From Chrysochromulina tobinii (Eukaryota), in assembly GCA_001275005.1 (NCBI GenBank), contig JWZX01002880.1, positions 1 to 42,082 of the forward strand: a DNA stretch of 42,082 nt. The letters are read 5' to 3'. This document shows positions 20,185 to 30,500 of this stretch, one piece after another. Within the stretch, counting starts at the first letter, position 1, and every line of letters starts with the position of its first letter. Under the pieces are notes generated by a model. The model saw only the letters and a list, made by a program, of their open reading frames with translations. It was not told the origin of the DNA and ran no database searches. A program made the translations under genes and the position numbers.

Positions 20185-22203
20185 ATGGAGCAAATGAAGA
20201 ATGGCGTCGCTGTCATATACTATTGCCCTGATGACGAGCCGGCGCAGGAAGCGCCGTCCGTCATCAAGTACCGCTACACCGGGCAGACCGAATTCTTCGA
20301 TCTGCTGCGCGAGTCCAGCTTCTTCTTTGGCAAGAACATTCAAAAAATGGTGCTCAAAGATAGCCAGGGGTCGCAGTGGCCGCTCAATCGTCCGGTCTGG
20401 AAAGAGCTTGCCCAGAGCAACCGCGACATCCGGCTGTGTCCGGTCATGGACTTGGAGGAGGAGGAGGAGGTGAAGGCGGCCGCGGTGGAGGCGGCCGAGG
20501 AGGTCATCGAGGATGAGCACAAGCTGCCCATAGCGCGCCCGCCGCTATGGAGCGAGCTCGTCATCCACCTCGTCTTCCTCACCGTCATCATCCTGCACAG
20601 CGTCCTCGGCAACACGGAAGAGACCATCTATGACTTCAACACGGCGATGAACAACGCCTTCTTCGACAAGCAGTACGATAAGACGTGGCAGACGGCCAGT
20701 GGCGCCAACGCCCAGTCGCAGCTGACGAGCAACTTTGGTGCCTTCACCAGCCAGTCGGTCATCGACGTCGCGGACACGCGCACCACTCTGGAGCCGCGCG
20801 ACCTTTTCAAGTTCCGAGACATGGCAGACATCTGTGGCTGGGTGCAAGGCAACCTGGCGCGCGGCATCTTCCACACGGGCGTGAACCAGAACGACGCGAC
20901 CGGCGCCCTGATGACCTACAACCGCATCATCGGCGGCGTGCGCTTTGAAGTCACCACGCAGCCATGGATGACCGACCAGCAGGCCTACTCTCTCCACTGG
21001 CCGTACTTTTTCTGGTGGTTCGGCGGACGACCGCCCACGAGCACGACGGTGAGCTACCTGCGGCCGGCGGCGAACTGGACGCAGGGATTCCTCGCTGGGC
21101 AGCAGCTCCTCTTCGAGGACGACCTCCAGGCCATCACCGGCGACTGGTGTCCTACGGAGGGGAACGGGACTGGCAGCACGATCGACCACGGGACGCAGGT
21201 GATGCGTGAGATGGTGATCCAGATCCTCGCGTATAACCACAACGTGGACATGTACGCGGTACTCAACTTCAAATTCGTGCTCGACTATGGGGGCAAATAT
21301 CTCACGACGGCACGCTTCATGTTTCAGCGCTACACCAACGAAATCAGCATGATGGTGTACAATGTCGGATGGCTCCACCTGCTGCGCAACTTCAAATTCT
21401 GGCTCACACTCATCAACTGGACGCTCGTGCTCACGCGCTCGACGAACGAGTTCAGGGCCGCGCGCACCATCAAGCGCAAAGGCAGGCCCCTCTTCTGGGA
21501 CTATTTTGGAGGCATCTTCACGCAGCTCGAGCTCTTCAACCTCTGCTGCAACTACGTGGGCATTGGCATTCGCATCTACTTGTCTCTCTCGGCCGGCGAC
21601 AGGCTCTTTCTGACCGAGGTGCTCCCCGCGGCGAACAACAGCGACGTATCCGAGATGGTGAGTGTCGTCGAGCGCTCGGCGTACCTCGGCACGACTTTTC
21701 GCGTGTTTCGCGCCTTCTCAGTCATGTCGGGTTGCTTACTCCTCTTCAAGTACCTCGAGCTCTTTCCTCGGGCGCGGTTCGCGAGCTTTTACCTCACCGG
21801 CTCCACCCTCAGCCGCGCGGGCCGCAACCTCAAGTTCGTCTTCACCTTCTTTCTCCTCTTCCTCGGCGCCTTCGCCATTGCCTTCGAGCACGTCTTCGGC
21901 ACCCAGCTTGAGGAGTTCTCGTCGATTTGGCATGCCTTCTTCACGCTCATCGTGTGCGTCTCCGGCTTCGGCGGCGTCTATTGGGACCTGGCGCGCGTCG
22001 AGCCCGTACTCGGGCCGCTCTTCTTCATCGCGTTCCAGCTTTGCGTCCTCATCTTCATCATCCCCTTCTTCCTCGCGATCATCAACGACGCGTACGCGAT
22101 GCGCGCCGCGGCGCTCGATTCCCTCAAGGAGAAGGTGCGCAAGGCGCTCGAGGACAAGAAGCGGGCAGAGTCCAGCCACGCGAGCTCGAAGAAGAAGTGG
22201 TGA
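20185..22203 (+). CDS. Polycystin-2 (PKD2/TRPP)-like cation channel
   Basis: TM1 ELVIHLVFL, large extracellular domain (YNRIIGGVRF, AYNHNVDMYAV), then LLFKYL..TLSRAG..FAIAFEHVFGTQLEEFSS..LGPLFFIAF..FFLAIINDAY. The 5' end is uncertain. Confidence 0.88.
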   Translation: MEQMKNGVAVIYYCPDDEPAQEAPSVIKYRYTGQTEFFDLLRESSFFFGKNIQKMVLKDSQGSQWPLNRPVWKELAQSNRDIRLCPVMDLEEEEEVKAAAVEAAEEVIEDEHKLPIARPPLWSELVIHLVFLTVIILHSVLGNTEETIYDFNTAMNNAFFDKQYDKTWQTASGANAQSQLTSNFGAFTSQSVIDVADTRTTLEPRDLFKFRDMADICGWVQGNLARGIFHTGVNQNDATGALMTYNRIIGGVRFEVTTQPWMTDQQAYSLHWPYFFWWFGGRPPTSTTVSYLRPAANWTQGFLAGQQLLFEDDLQAITGDWCPTEGNGTGSTIDHGTQVMREMVIQILAYNHNVDMYAVLNFKFVLDYGGKYLTTARFMFQRYTNEISMMVYNVGWLHLLRNFKFWLTLINWTLVLTRSTNEFRAARTIKRKGRPLFWDYFGGIFTQLELFNLCCNYVGIGIRIYLSLSAGDRLFLTEVLPAANNSDVSEMVSVVERSAYLGTTFRVFRAFSVMSGCLLLFKYLELFPRARFASFYLTGSTLSRAGRNLKFVFTFFLLFLGAFAIAFEHVFGTQLEEFSSIWHAFFTLIVCVSGFGGVYWDLARVEPVLGPLFFIAFQLCVLIFIIPFFLAIINDAYAMRAAALDSLKEKVRKALEDKKRAESSHASSKKKW

Positions 22204-22516
22204 TGCTCGTTCGCATTTTTAGGAGGTGTCCACTCTACATACTACAACCGTCGACGTCAAGTTAGTATCAAGGTGTCCCGTTACAAACCGGCTTCAACCG
22301 TATCAAGGTCACCCGTTACAAACCGGCACACGCCTCGCGATGTCGCGCGTCTGATTATCCTCGGACTCAACACGAGCGATCGGATTATCCGCGGCGTCGA
22401 TCCGATCGGCATGACGGATGTCGCCATGCTTGATGGGATTGGGAATGTTTGGCGCCCCGGGCCCCAGGCGGCTCTCTCTCTCTCGTCTACTGCACTGTCG
22501 TAGGCTACTGCTCGTG

Positions 22517-23869
22517 TTACAGCGGCGCGGCGCAATTGTAGCAGAAATTGGCTTCGGGGCTGTGGCCGGTCGCACCACACAGCCCGCATGTTGCGGAGCT
22601 CGCGTAGCCCTGCAACGGCTTGGCACCTGCCGTGGCGCCGCTGCTGCCTCGGTTGACGATGGCCTCAGCAAGGCTCGAGAGCTGCACGGGGATGATGGCG
22701 ATGCCTGCAAGAATGGAGACGCTCACGACGAGCCGCCCCTCGGCTGTCACAGGCACGATGTCGCCGAAGCCGACGGTGGTGAGCGTCGTCAGCCCAAAGT
22801 AGAGGGCGGTGAAAAAGTCGGGCAATTTTTCGTTCTGCAGGTGCTCGACCTTGTAGATCAGGCCGCTCGACACGAAGAGCAGGGTGAAGATTGAGGAGAC
22901 CACACGCGCCACCTCGAGTTGATAGGGCTGGACGTCGAGCGGGTTGAAGCCCAGCGCCGCCTCAAAACGTCGGAACGAGCGAATGTCCTGTACGTATCGC
23001 TGGAGTCGGAGCACACGAGCGAGTCGCAGAAAGGCGAAGCCGTCATCCTGCAGGTCAGGCAGCGGCACGAATCCGTCGTAACCCTCGAGCAGCATCGGGT
23101 CGTACATCGGCCCGACTGTCGTGGTGGTCACTAAGACGGACAGCAAGGTCGGTGCGAATGAGAGGAGGTCGATCAAACTGGTGGGCTCGAGCAGATACTT
23201 CAATGAAAAGGAACGGCTCCACCAGCGCAGCACGTACTCGACCAAGAAGACCACTGTGAACACGGCCTCGACGTTATTGAGCCAGAAGCGCGGCTCGTTG
23301 CCCAGCTCAGGAAGCGTGCCCACCGCGTAGCACAGAGCGGTCACGAGCACAGCCACCAGCGAGATGAGCTCAAAGCGAGGCGCGTTGATGGCGCGGAGCA
23401 CGGTGCGACTGCCCCAAACGGAGCCGCCGGAAAGCAGCTCTTGGAGCCGCTGGAGCTCCTTCTGGTTCCACATCGACGACGCTCTGTCGGCCGAGTACAG
23501 CTCCATCAGGCTCTCAACAAACTCGTCGCGTGAGAGCTTCCCGTCGCGGTTGACATCCAGCCAAGTTAGGAGTAGCTCGGGGTCGAAACCCGCTCGGGCC
23601 AGCTCTTCGGAGTCGAGTGCCGCGTTGGCATCGCCGTCAATCGCGGTGAAGGCCGACTCGAGCGCAGCGCGCAACGTCTGCTCATCTGGAAGGCCGTTCT
23701 CGGAGACGGCGGCCTTCGTGTGTGTCTCCATGCACGCCACTCGCCCAGAGCGGCTGGTGGTGAATGTCTGCTGCGCTTGCACTCTCTGATGAAAGAGCTG
23801 CGGTTGGGGTTGAATGAATGTCGATCGTATTGGAGCGAAGCCGATGGCGGCAAGCAAAACCGCGTACAT
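22517..23869 (-). CDS. 6-TM voltage-gated K+ channel with an EF-hand pair and a C-terminal Zn-ribbon, possible plastid presequence
   Basis: EF loops DGDANAALDSEE and DVNRDGKLSRDEF; S4 FLRLARVLRLQR; pore TTLTTVGFGDIVP; CGLCG..H..ANFCYNC. Start MYAVLLAAIGFAP inferred. Confidence 0.9.
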   Translation of the reverse strand: MYAVLLAAIGFAPIRSTFIQPQPQLFHQRVQAQQTFTTSRSGRVACMETHTKAAVSENGLPDEQTLRAALESAFTAIDGDANAALDSEELARAGFDPELLLTWLDVNRDGKLSRDEFVESLMELYSADRASSMWNQKELQRLQELLSGGSVWGSRTVLRAINAPRFELISLVAVLVTALCYAVGTLPELGNEPRFWLNNVEAVFTVVFLVEYVLRWWSRSFSLKYLLEPTSLIDLLSFAPTLLSVLVTTTTVGPMYDPMLLEGYDGFVPLPDLQDDGFAFLRLARVLRLQRYVQDIRSFRRFEAALGFNPLDVQPYQLEVARVVSSIFTLLFVSSGLIYKVEHLQNEKLPDFFTALYFGLTTLTTVGFGDIVPVTAEGRLVVSVSILAGIAIIPVQLSSLAEAIVNRGSSGATAGAKPLQGYASSATCGLCGATGHSPEANFCYNCAAPL

Positions 23870-24075
23870 GAGGCTTCTTCCGGCCGCGGCCCACGACCTT
23901 CGCTCCAGATGCAAGAAAGATGCCTTCGACGGAAAAAGTAAAAAAGGCAAGCACACAAAAATCCTTGCGAGTCCACGTCAAAGATCGTCGGACACACCTG
24001 AAGCATTTTCAGTAAACCTCATGAACAGTAAACCTCATGAATTCACAGCTTACATTCGTCTGAAATTGAAGCCCG

Positions 24076-25293
24076 ATGGCGACCCCGGTGCGCCAGCAGA
24101 CGCTTGACGCCGGCCCGCGAGGCGGCGCCAACCTCGAGGCGATGTCGGCGCTCTCAACCGGCACAAAGGGCAAGATCCAGTTCTACAAGGGTGATGCGGA
24201 CGGCACGCCCATTGGCAGCCACAATGTGTACGACATCAAGGGCAACAAACAGAGCGTGGGCATGGTGCAGACGTGGAATCAGTGCACGAACATGATCATG
24301 ACTTCGCTCGACAAGCCTGAGAGCCTTCTCGTGATGGACACGGAAAAGGGCGCGGTGCATGCGGAGCTCGACATCAAGCGGCAGCAGAGGAACTGGAAGA
24401 TGTCGATCGACTCGGTCACGCCGATGCAGAAGTTTGAGCAGTACCGGCCGACGCAGGAGATCATGCTCTTCGGCCTGGGCGACGGCGGCCAGACCGTGTT
24501 CCAGCTGCACCACGACGCGCGCGCGGGGGAGAATATCGAGGAGCACGTGATTCGTGCCGACTCACACCGCAAGTACAAGTCGTACACCTTCTCATGCCAC
24601 GCGCAGACGCGTGGCGGCAACCTCGTGCTCGGGCGCACCGACGGCGCCGTCGCGCTCTACGACGCCATCATGCAGTCGGAGACGGCCTCGTGCGTGCTCG
24701 ATGGCATGCCCGGCCCGGTGACCTCGATCGACGTGTCAGCGGACGGGTCGATGGTCTGCTGGACCACTCCGGAGTTCGTCTTCTTCACGAGCCCGTCGGC
24801 TGAGCACTGGACGAAGGAGTGGAAAAAGTCGATGGGCAAGCCCGTCGTGCTGCAGCTCGCCCCCACCCCGGAGGACAAGGGACGAATGCTCCTCGGCAGC
24901 AGCGACAGCCGGAGCGGCGGCAGCGGCGCCACCTCGGCAGCAGCGGAGCCCGAGGAGGCAGCGGCGGAGGCGGGGCCCGATTGGCGCTCAGTCAAGTTTG
25001 ACGCGGGCACAGCGAAGGAGGACTCGGGAAAGGCTGAGCGCGAGATTGTCACGTACTGCGGCAACTGGCAGATGCGCTGGTCTGTCACGCAGGCCCTGAA
25101 GGCCTGGGATGCCCTCGCTGCTGCCAAGGAGGGGGACGCGCCGCCGCCCGGGATCTTGTATGGCACGGCGACCAGCATGGCAGGCATGGGCGCGGCCGTC
25201 TCGCGCCACATGACTGTGCAGAGCGGTGCGAATGGAGAGGACCTCGATATCGTCGCTCTCGAAGGCGAGATCGTGCGCAGCCTCCGGTTCTGA
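24076..25293 (+). CDS. VID27: VID27/CYPRO4-like WD40-type beta-propeller protein
   Basis: FSCHAQTRGGNLVLGRTDGAVALYD..LDGMPGPVTSIDVSADGSMVCWTT..KFD..EREIVT resembles the VID27 C-terminal domain. Confidence 0.7.
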   Translation: MATPVRQQTLDAGPRGGANLEAMSALSTGTKGKIQFYKGDADGTPIGSHNVYDIKGNKQSVGMVQTWNQCTNMIMTSLDKPESLLVMDTEKGAVHAELDIKRQQRNWKMSIDSVTPMQKFEQYRPTQEIMLFGLGDGGQTVFQLHHDARAGENIEEHVIRADSHRKYKSYTFSCHAQTRGGNLVLGRTDGAVALYDAIMQSETASCVLDGMPGPVTSIDVSADGSMVCWTTPEFVFFTSPSAEHWTKEWKKSMGKPVVLQLAPTPEDKGRMLLGSSDSRSGGSGATSAAAEPEEAAAEAGPDWRSVKFDAGTAKEDSGKAEREIVTYCGNWQMRWSVTQALKAWDALAAAKEGDAPPPGILYGTATSMAGMGAAVSRHMTVQSGANGEDLDIVALEGEIVRSLRF

Positions 25294-25369
25294 GCCTGCC
25301 CAGGGGGCTCTCTACCAAGGACGACGGCCGCGACGAGGAACGAGGAACGAGCTGTGCCTGAGGGTGCGA

Positions 25370-25480
25370 GCGAGAGGGAGATCACCCTGTGACGAATTCT
25401 GAGCAAGTTGCGCGTGATCTCCCTCTCCGAGAGCGAGGGAGATCACCCCGAGAGCGAGAGGGAGATCACCCATGTCACAG
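25370..25480. repeat. GAGAGGGAGATCAC direct and inverted repeat cluster
   Basis: Three direct copies, one inverted copy (GTGATCTCCCTCTC), and a CCCTGTGAC...GTCACAGGG inverted pair. Confidence 0.7.
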
Positions 25481-25855
25481 GGCCACCGGCGCATGCCTGT
25501 GTAATGCACGACTTCTGAGCTGCCGGTACTGCGCAAGAAGAACATCCGCCGCAAGTTTACGCCGAGCCCGTGGTGTCAATGCGTTCTTGTGGCTCGGCTG
25601 ATATCCGAGATATCCTGGCTCGTGCGGCCGCTGTCGTGAGTCGTGGTGTCGTGCGCATCTAAAATCTTCGTTGTGAACATGCTTTAGCGCTAATTATAAT
25701 ACTCATCCCGACTTCCGTTTTGTGTACTTGAACAATAACGTTCCAGAGTTAAGGAATCGCCCGGTCGGGTGGGCGTCCGCACGCTCCTCGATGCTCGGAC
25801 GAATCTCCGGCTTGCCTCCCTCCCTTGCCCCTTGCACGTGAGAGACTGTTTGCTC

Positions 25856-27418
25856 TCACTTCTTCTTCTTGCCCTTGCCTCCTTTCTTGGGCTTGTCGGG
25901 AAGGCGCAGCGTGAGCAGCTTCTTGGGCAAGACTGGTGAGAGGAACTCGAGCGTGACGGTGTCGTCGGTGCGCACACCGACTGCGTGCAGTACGAAGTCG
26001 TCCCCAAGCGTGCGCCCGCCCCAGTTGATCCACATCGTCGTCTCAACCGTCTCTCCTTTGAGTACCTTCGTCTCGGGCACCATGACCTCCTCCGAAAGAG
26101 CCACCACCTGGCTCTCGACCACAGTCAGGCGTCGGCAGGCATCATCAGGCGTCATCAGAGGCGTCATCAGAGGCTAATCAGTGGCCATCAGAGGCCATCA
26201 GCGCACCTGACTCTCGACCACGGTCACAGGCGATCCGTTGGTGATCCGGTACGCGAGGGCTGCGCCCTTGCCGCCCGCGAGCGCGCCCATCCCTCCCTCG
26301 ATCAGGAGCTCGTCGGCCACCACGAGCGCCGAAGTCCCCGCCTTCGGGTCTGCCTTGGCCTTCGCGAGAGTGAGAACGGTCATCCCCGCGCGACGCACGC
26401 ACACGCCGTCTGCGGTGAACCATGTGTGCTCGCCCTGCTGGAGTGACGCGCAATACGCACGCTTCAGGTCGAGGACCGTTGTGGTCTCGTCCACGGGGAA
26501 CGCGCGCGTGTGCAGCAGCGGGCAGTTGACGCGGACGCGCCCTAGCCCGCGCGAGAGCAGCAGCCACGGAGCGACGCGCGTCAGCTTCATATCGAACGTC
26601 GTGTCCTTGGCGAGGCGTAGCTCGTCCATGAGGCTCAGGTGGTCGTTCAACGGTAGCCCGTGCAAGTAGAGTTCGATTCGGAACGAGGGCGAGAGTCGTA
26701 CGCGCTCGTAGATGAGTCGCTTCACGTCGGCGATGCGCAGCCTGAAGTTGCTGGCGCTCGCCGTGGCGCGCGCGACTTGGTCGTCGTCGGCGGCGGCGGC
26801 GTCGACGGTTTGTGGCGCGGGCGGTGGGGGAGCCCGGTAGCCTAATAATGTGGGGATGTAAAAGGCCATCCGGCCGTAGAGTAACGAGACGACATGCACC
26901 GTGCATCCCTCCTTGGGCACCACGTTTGGCTTTGTCGGTGCGGTGGAGGGGCGAGCTCGAGGCGTCACGTCGTCGTCGTCGTCGTCCGTTGGCGGCGGCT
27001 TGACAGTCACACCGACGCCGATCATCGAAGGGATGCGGTCGAGGAAATCCTCGCGGTCGAGGACGGCGCGCAGCTTTGGTTGCGAGTCTTCGAGCTTTGT
27101 TTGGTATTGGCTCTCGTGACGGCTGTTGGCGTAGCTGCTGAGGAAGAGCGGGTCAGATTGAAGCAGGGAGAGGCGGTGCAAGGGCTCGCTCGCTGATCTC
27201 GATACGCGGGGCGGCTCCCTCGAAGTAAGCGGCGTGAAGCAGGTGATCTGGCTGCTCGTCAAGCTCGCGTGCACGCTGCGACGTGTGTCGTACCCAGTGT
27301 AGTTGCTATCATAGCGTGGTCGTGCGACCGTGGATTTGCCGCCAAGATCGGCGATGGTCCAGCAAGAATGCCTTGCTGCGACGGCGCTGGTGGGGCGTAG
27401 AGTGCTCTCAGGACGCAT
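25856..27418 (-). CDS. Protein with two ubiquitin-like domains and a basic C-terminal tail
   Basis: Exons 27418-26207 and 26107-25856. UBL1: LRIADVKRLIYERV..IELYLHGLPLNDHLSL. UBL2: VDETTTVLDLKRAY...INWGGRTLGDDFVLHAVGVRTDDTVTL. Confidence 0.7.
26108..26206 (-). other. Intron made of TGATGGCCTC-type repeats + a copy of the upstream exon end that supplies the AG
   Basis: The last 20 nt TGACTGTGGTCGAGAGCCAG match the upstream exon end TGACCGTGGTCGAGAGTCAG at 18/20. Confidence 0.85.
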
Positions 27419-27574
27419 TTTGCGCTGGATTTTACCAACTGACAACTAAGTGCGTGTGGTGCATGCATCTGTTTGGAACACATCCAAAACGCGCTTTCTG
27501 CAGGCTTGACGTCAGCGTCCTTCAGCGCCGGCCGCTTTGTCGCGCGCTGCTGACCAAAGCAACGCAGTATCGCC

Positions 27575-30500
27575 ATGCCTGCGGTCAGCGCCAAGGAGAA
27601 CAGGCTGGTTGCCGAAGCCCAGAAAATCCTCTGTTCCGGAGCCCCGTCGTCAGCGCAGGAGATCTTTGACGCCATCAAGGGGGCCGGGCTGCGCTGGTCA
27701 CGCGGCCTATCCATAGCCGACGTGCGGAAGGCAAGAATAACAGTGCAGACGAGCATGCAAGAACAAATGCGTGTCGACGAGGCTATCGGACGCTTCCAGG
27801 AACAGGCGGCCAAGCTACTTCGCAGCGACCAAGAGGCTGCCGGAGTGGAGGTTGGTGAGGAAGAGCAGGACGCACCTGATGCGATTGAAGGCTTCGTTCG
27901 TTTCGACAACAGCCCGAAGGTTGAATCGAGCGCCACGCTGAGCCACGTGGTCGGCGACGGCCTGCGCGAGGCAACCGTCCGCCAGCTCGCATACTTTCTG
28001 ATCCAGGCAGTCACGACCGAGGGCAAGCGCAGCACGAGCGGCGGCGAGAGGTTCAACGTGTCCGTCAGAGGGCCTTCGAAGACGCGCGCAAAAGTGACCG
28101 ACAATAGCAACGGCACGTACCTCGTCGCATGGCGCCCGCACTGCTCGGGCCCCTACTCAATCACCGTGACGCTCGGTGGCGAGCTGCTCCCGGGCTCGCC
28201 TCACCTGGTGCATGTGACAAACTCGTTGCCCTGCGCCTCCAAGTGCGAGGTGAGCGGCAAGGCGCTGGCTGAGGCAGTCTCACGCGTGCCGCAGACGTTC
28301 GAGATCCGCTTCCGCGACCGGTTCGGTCAGACCGCGAGTGCCGTCGAGCTCGATCTCTTTGTGGAGGCAGTGCCGCCGAACAGCCCACGCGGGCGGGAGG
28401 TGCCGCTAACGGCCGCGCAACGATTGCTCATCGAGCAAAAGGAGGCGGCCGAGGCGGCGGCGGCGGCGGCGGCGGCCAAGGGCAAGAAAGGAGATGGCAA
28501 GGGGGGGCAGCTCAAGGGACGAGCTAGGCTAGCAAGCAAGGAGGTAGGGACGACGACGACGACGACGCTAGTAGTGGTACCGCCGCCGAAGGCCGGAGTA
28601 TACGGAGCTTCAGTGCCACCGACAAGGCGCGAGAAGCGCGTGAGCAATGAGAGTGGGACGACGCCGCCAGTGGCGCCGCAGCCGCTGCCGTCCTCTCCCG
28701 GGCGGACCTCGCCCGTGATCTCGCCCGTGACGGCCTCAGCGGCGCGTGTGGAGCAGCAGCAGTTGCAAGCGAGAGCAGCAGGGCCCATGGGCAAGTGGCT
28801 CGCCGGTCCTCTGAGCGAGTGGGCCTATGCGATCGACCAAGGGCCAGGCAGCGCCGATGAGGCTCGGGACGCCGCTGTCGAGAACGAGCCAGGAGAGATT
28901 CGGTACCGTACAATCCGCGTCCGGGTGGGTGAGAAGCCGCTCATCCTGCGCACCGCGCCTGCCAAGGGAAGTGCTCCGATCGGTCGCCTGCTGCCTGGTC
29001 AGGTGGTGACCGTCCTCGAGGAGCACATCTCAGCGGACGGCGAGGTGCGTGCATGCGTCTCATGATCGCCACGTTGATTGCCACGGATGACCCGCCTTGC
29101 ATGCAAGTGCTCACCACAGTGCGCGTCCCCACAGGTGCGTGCATGCGTCTCGCTCGATTCGGTCGAATGGTCGATAGACGGCCACGAGGAGCCATTCATC
29201 CCTCCATTCATCCCTCCACTCTCGGCACGCTCGAGCTCACGCATGAGCAGCGACGGCAGCGGCGCGCTGAGCGGCCGTTCTGGTCAGCTCTCGAGTCGCT
29301 CCTCAGGCCAGCTCTCGAGTCGCTCGTGCAGCTCCTCTGGGGGAGGAGCCCTCAGCAGCCGTGTCGGCGGCGGCGAGGGCGGCGGCACGCGCCACAACCG
29401 CGCGCGACACCCCTTCGGCTCGCCTCGAGCCTCGAGCCGCAGTGGGGCGCTCACGGCACGCCAAGCCGCCGCAGCGTCACCTCAAGCTGCTCTCATCGAC
29501 CAGCCTCTGCAGGCGCCCACAGCCGCCGCCGCCGAGATGACGGCGACGAGCGAGGTCAGCCGCTCGTCGTCTGGCGCCAAGTATGGCGCGTTCAGCGCCA
29601 AGGACGCCAAGTATGGCACGTTCAGCGCCAAGACGGCCGAGGGGGGTACCGGTACGGCGAGGGCCTCCGGCGAAGGCGCCTCGCGTGAGAGAGCCTCGTG
29701 CAAGATAGGCTGGGTGACGCTGATGAAGGAGGGGCGCGTGAAGCTCGTCTCATCACGTGTGCAGCTGGGTCCAGGGTCGCGCCGACAGTACTCAAGCCAA
29801 TGGGAGCGACAGAGGCATACGAAGCAGGCGCTCGCGGACCCGAAGCCATCGGTGGACGCGGGGGTGCTCATCGAACGAGAAGTCGGCGCCGATCCGAGCG
29901 GCATTGGATTCGGCTTCGGCGGGGTCGAGCCTGGCACCTTGCATGCGCATGGCGAGCTGCATGAGGTCCATCGGGTCTCGTATGCCCTCTCGCTCGCCGG
30001 CACCTACTTTCTGCACGTGCGGCTCAGGCATCAAGCGTTGCCTTTGCCAGGCTCTCCATTCAAGCTCGTTGTGCGACCGGGCGCCGCGTGCGCACGCACG
30101 TCGCGCCTGCTACCTGGCGTGCTACGCGGGAAGGTGGGCGGCGATGCCGACTCGGGCTGTCAACAGACTCTGCAATGCGCCGACCAAGTGGGCAATGAGT
30201 GCATCGCGGGTGGCGCACCTGTAGAGGTCAGATGTTTCACGGAGGACGGCCTGGTGGCCGCGCCCGGCATGGAAACGACCGTGACCGACCTCAAGGACGG
30301 CACGTACACTATCCGCTGGCGCTCCAAGTTTTCGGGCAAGTTCCGCGCGAGTGTCCAAATCGGCGACGAGGACGTGCGCGGCTCGCCCGTCCAGATTGCG
30401 CTCGTGTCGTCCACACCAGAGCTCAACAAGTCAGAGCTCTCGGGCGGCGGGCTCACGGGCGCCGTCGCGGGCGAACGCTCGCACTTTCGCATCAAGTTCG

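Noticed and set aside
29063..29065. In-frame TGA in the filamin and UBL genes read as selenocysteine or readthrough
   Set aside because: Both TGAs lie inside GT-AG introns of 3n length; no SECIS was recognised.
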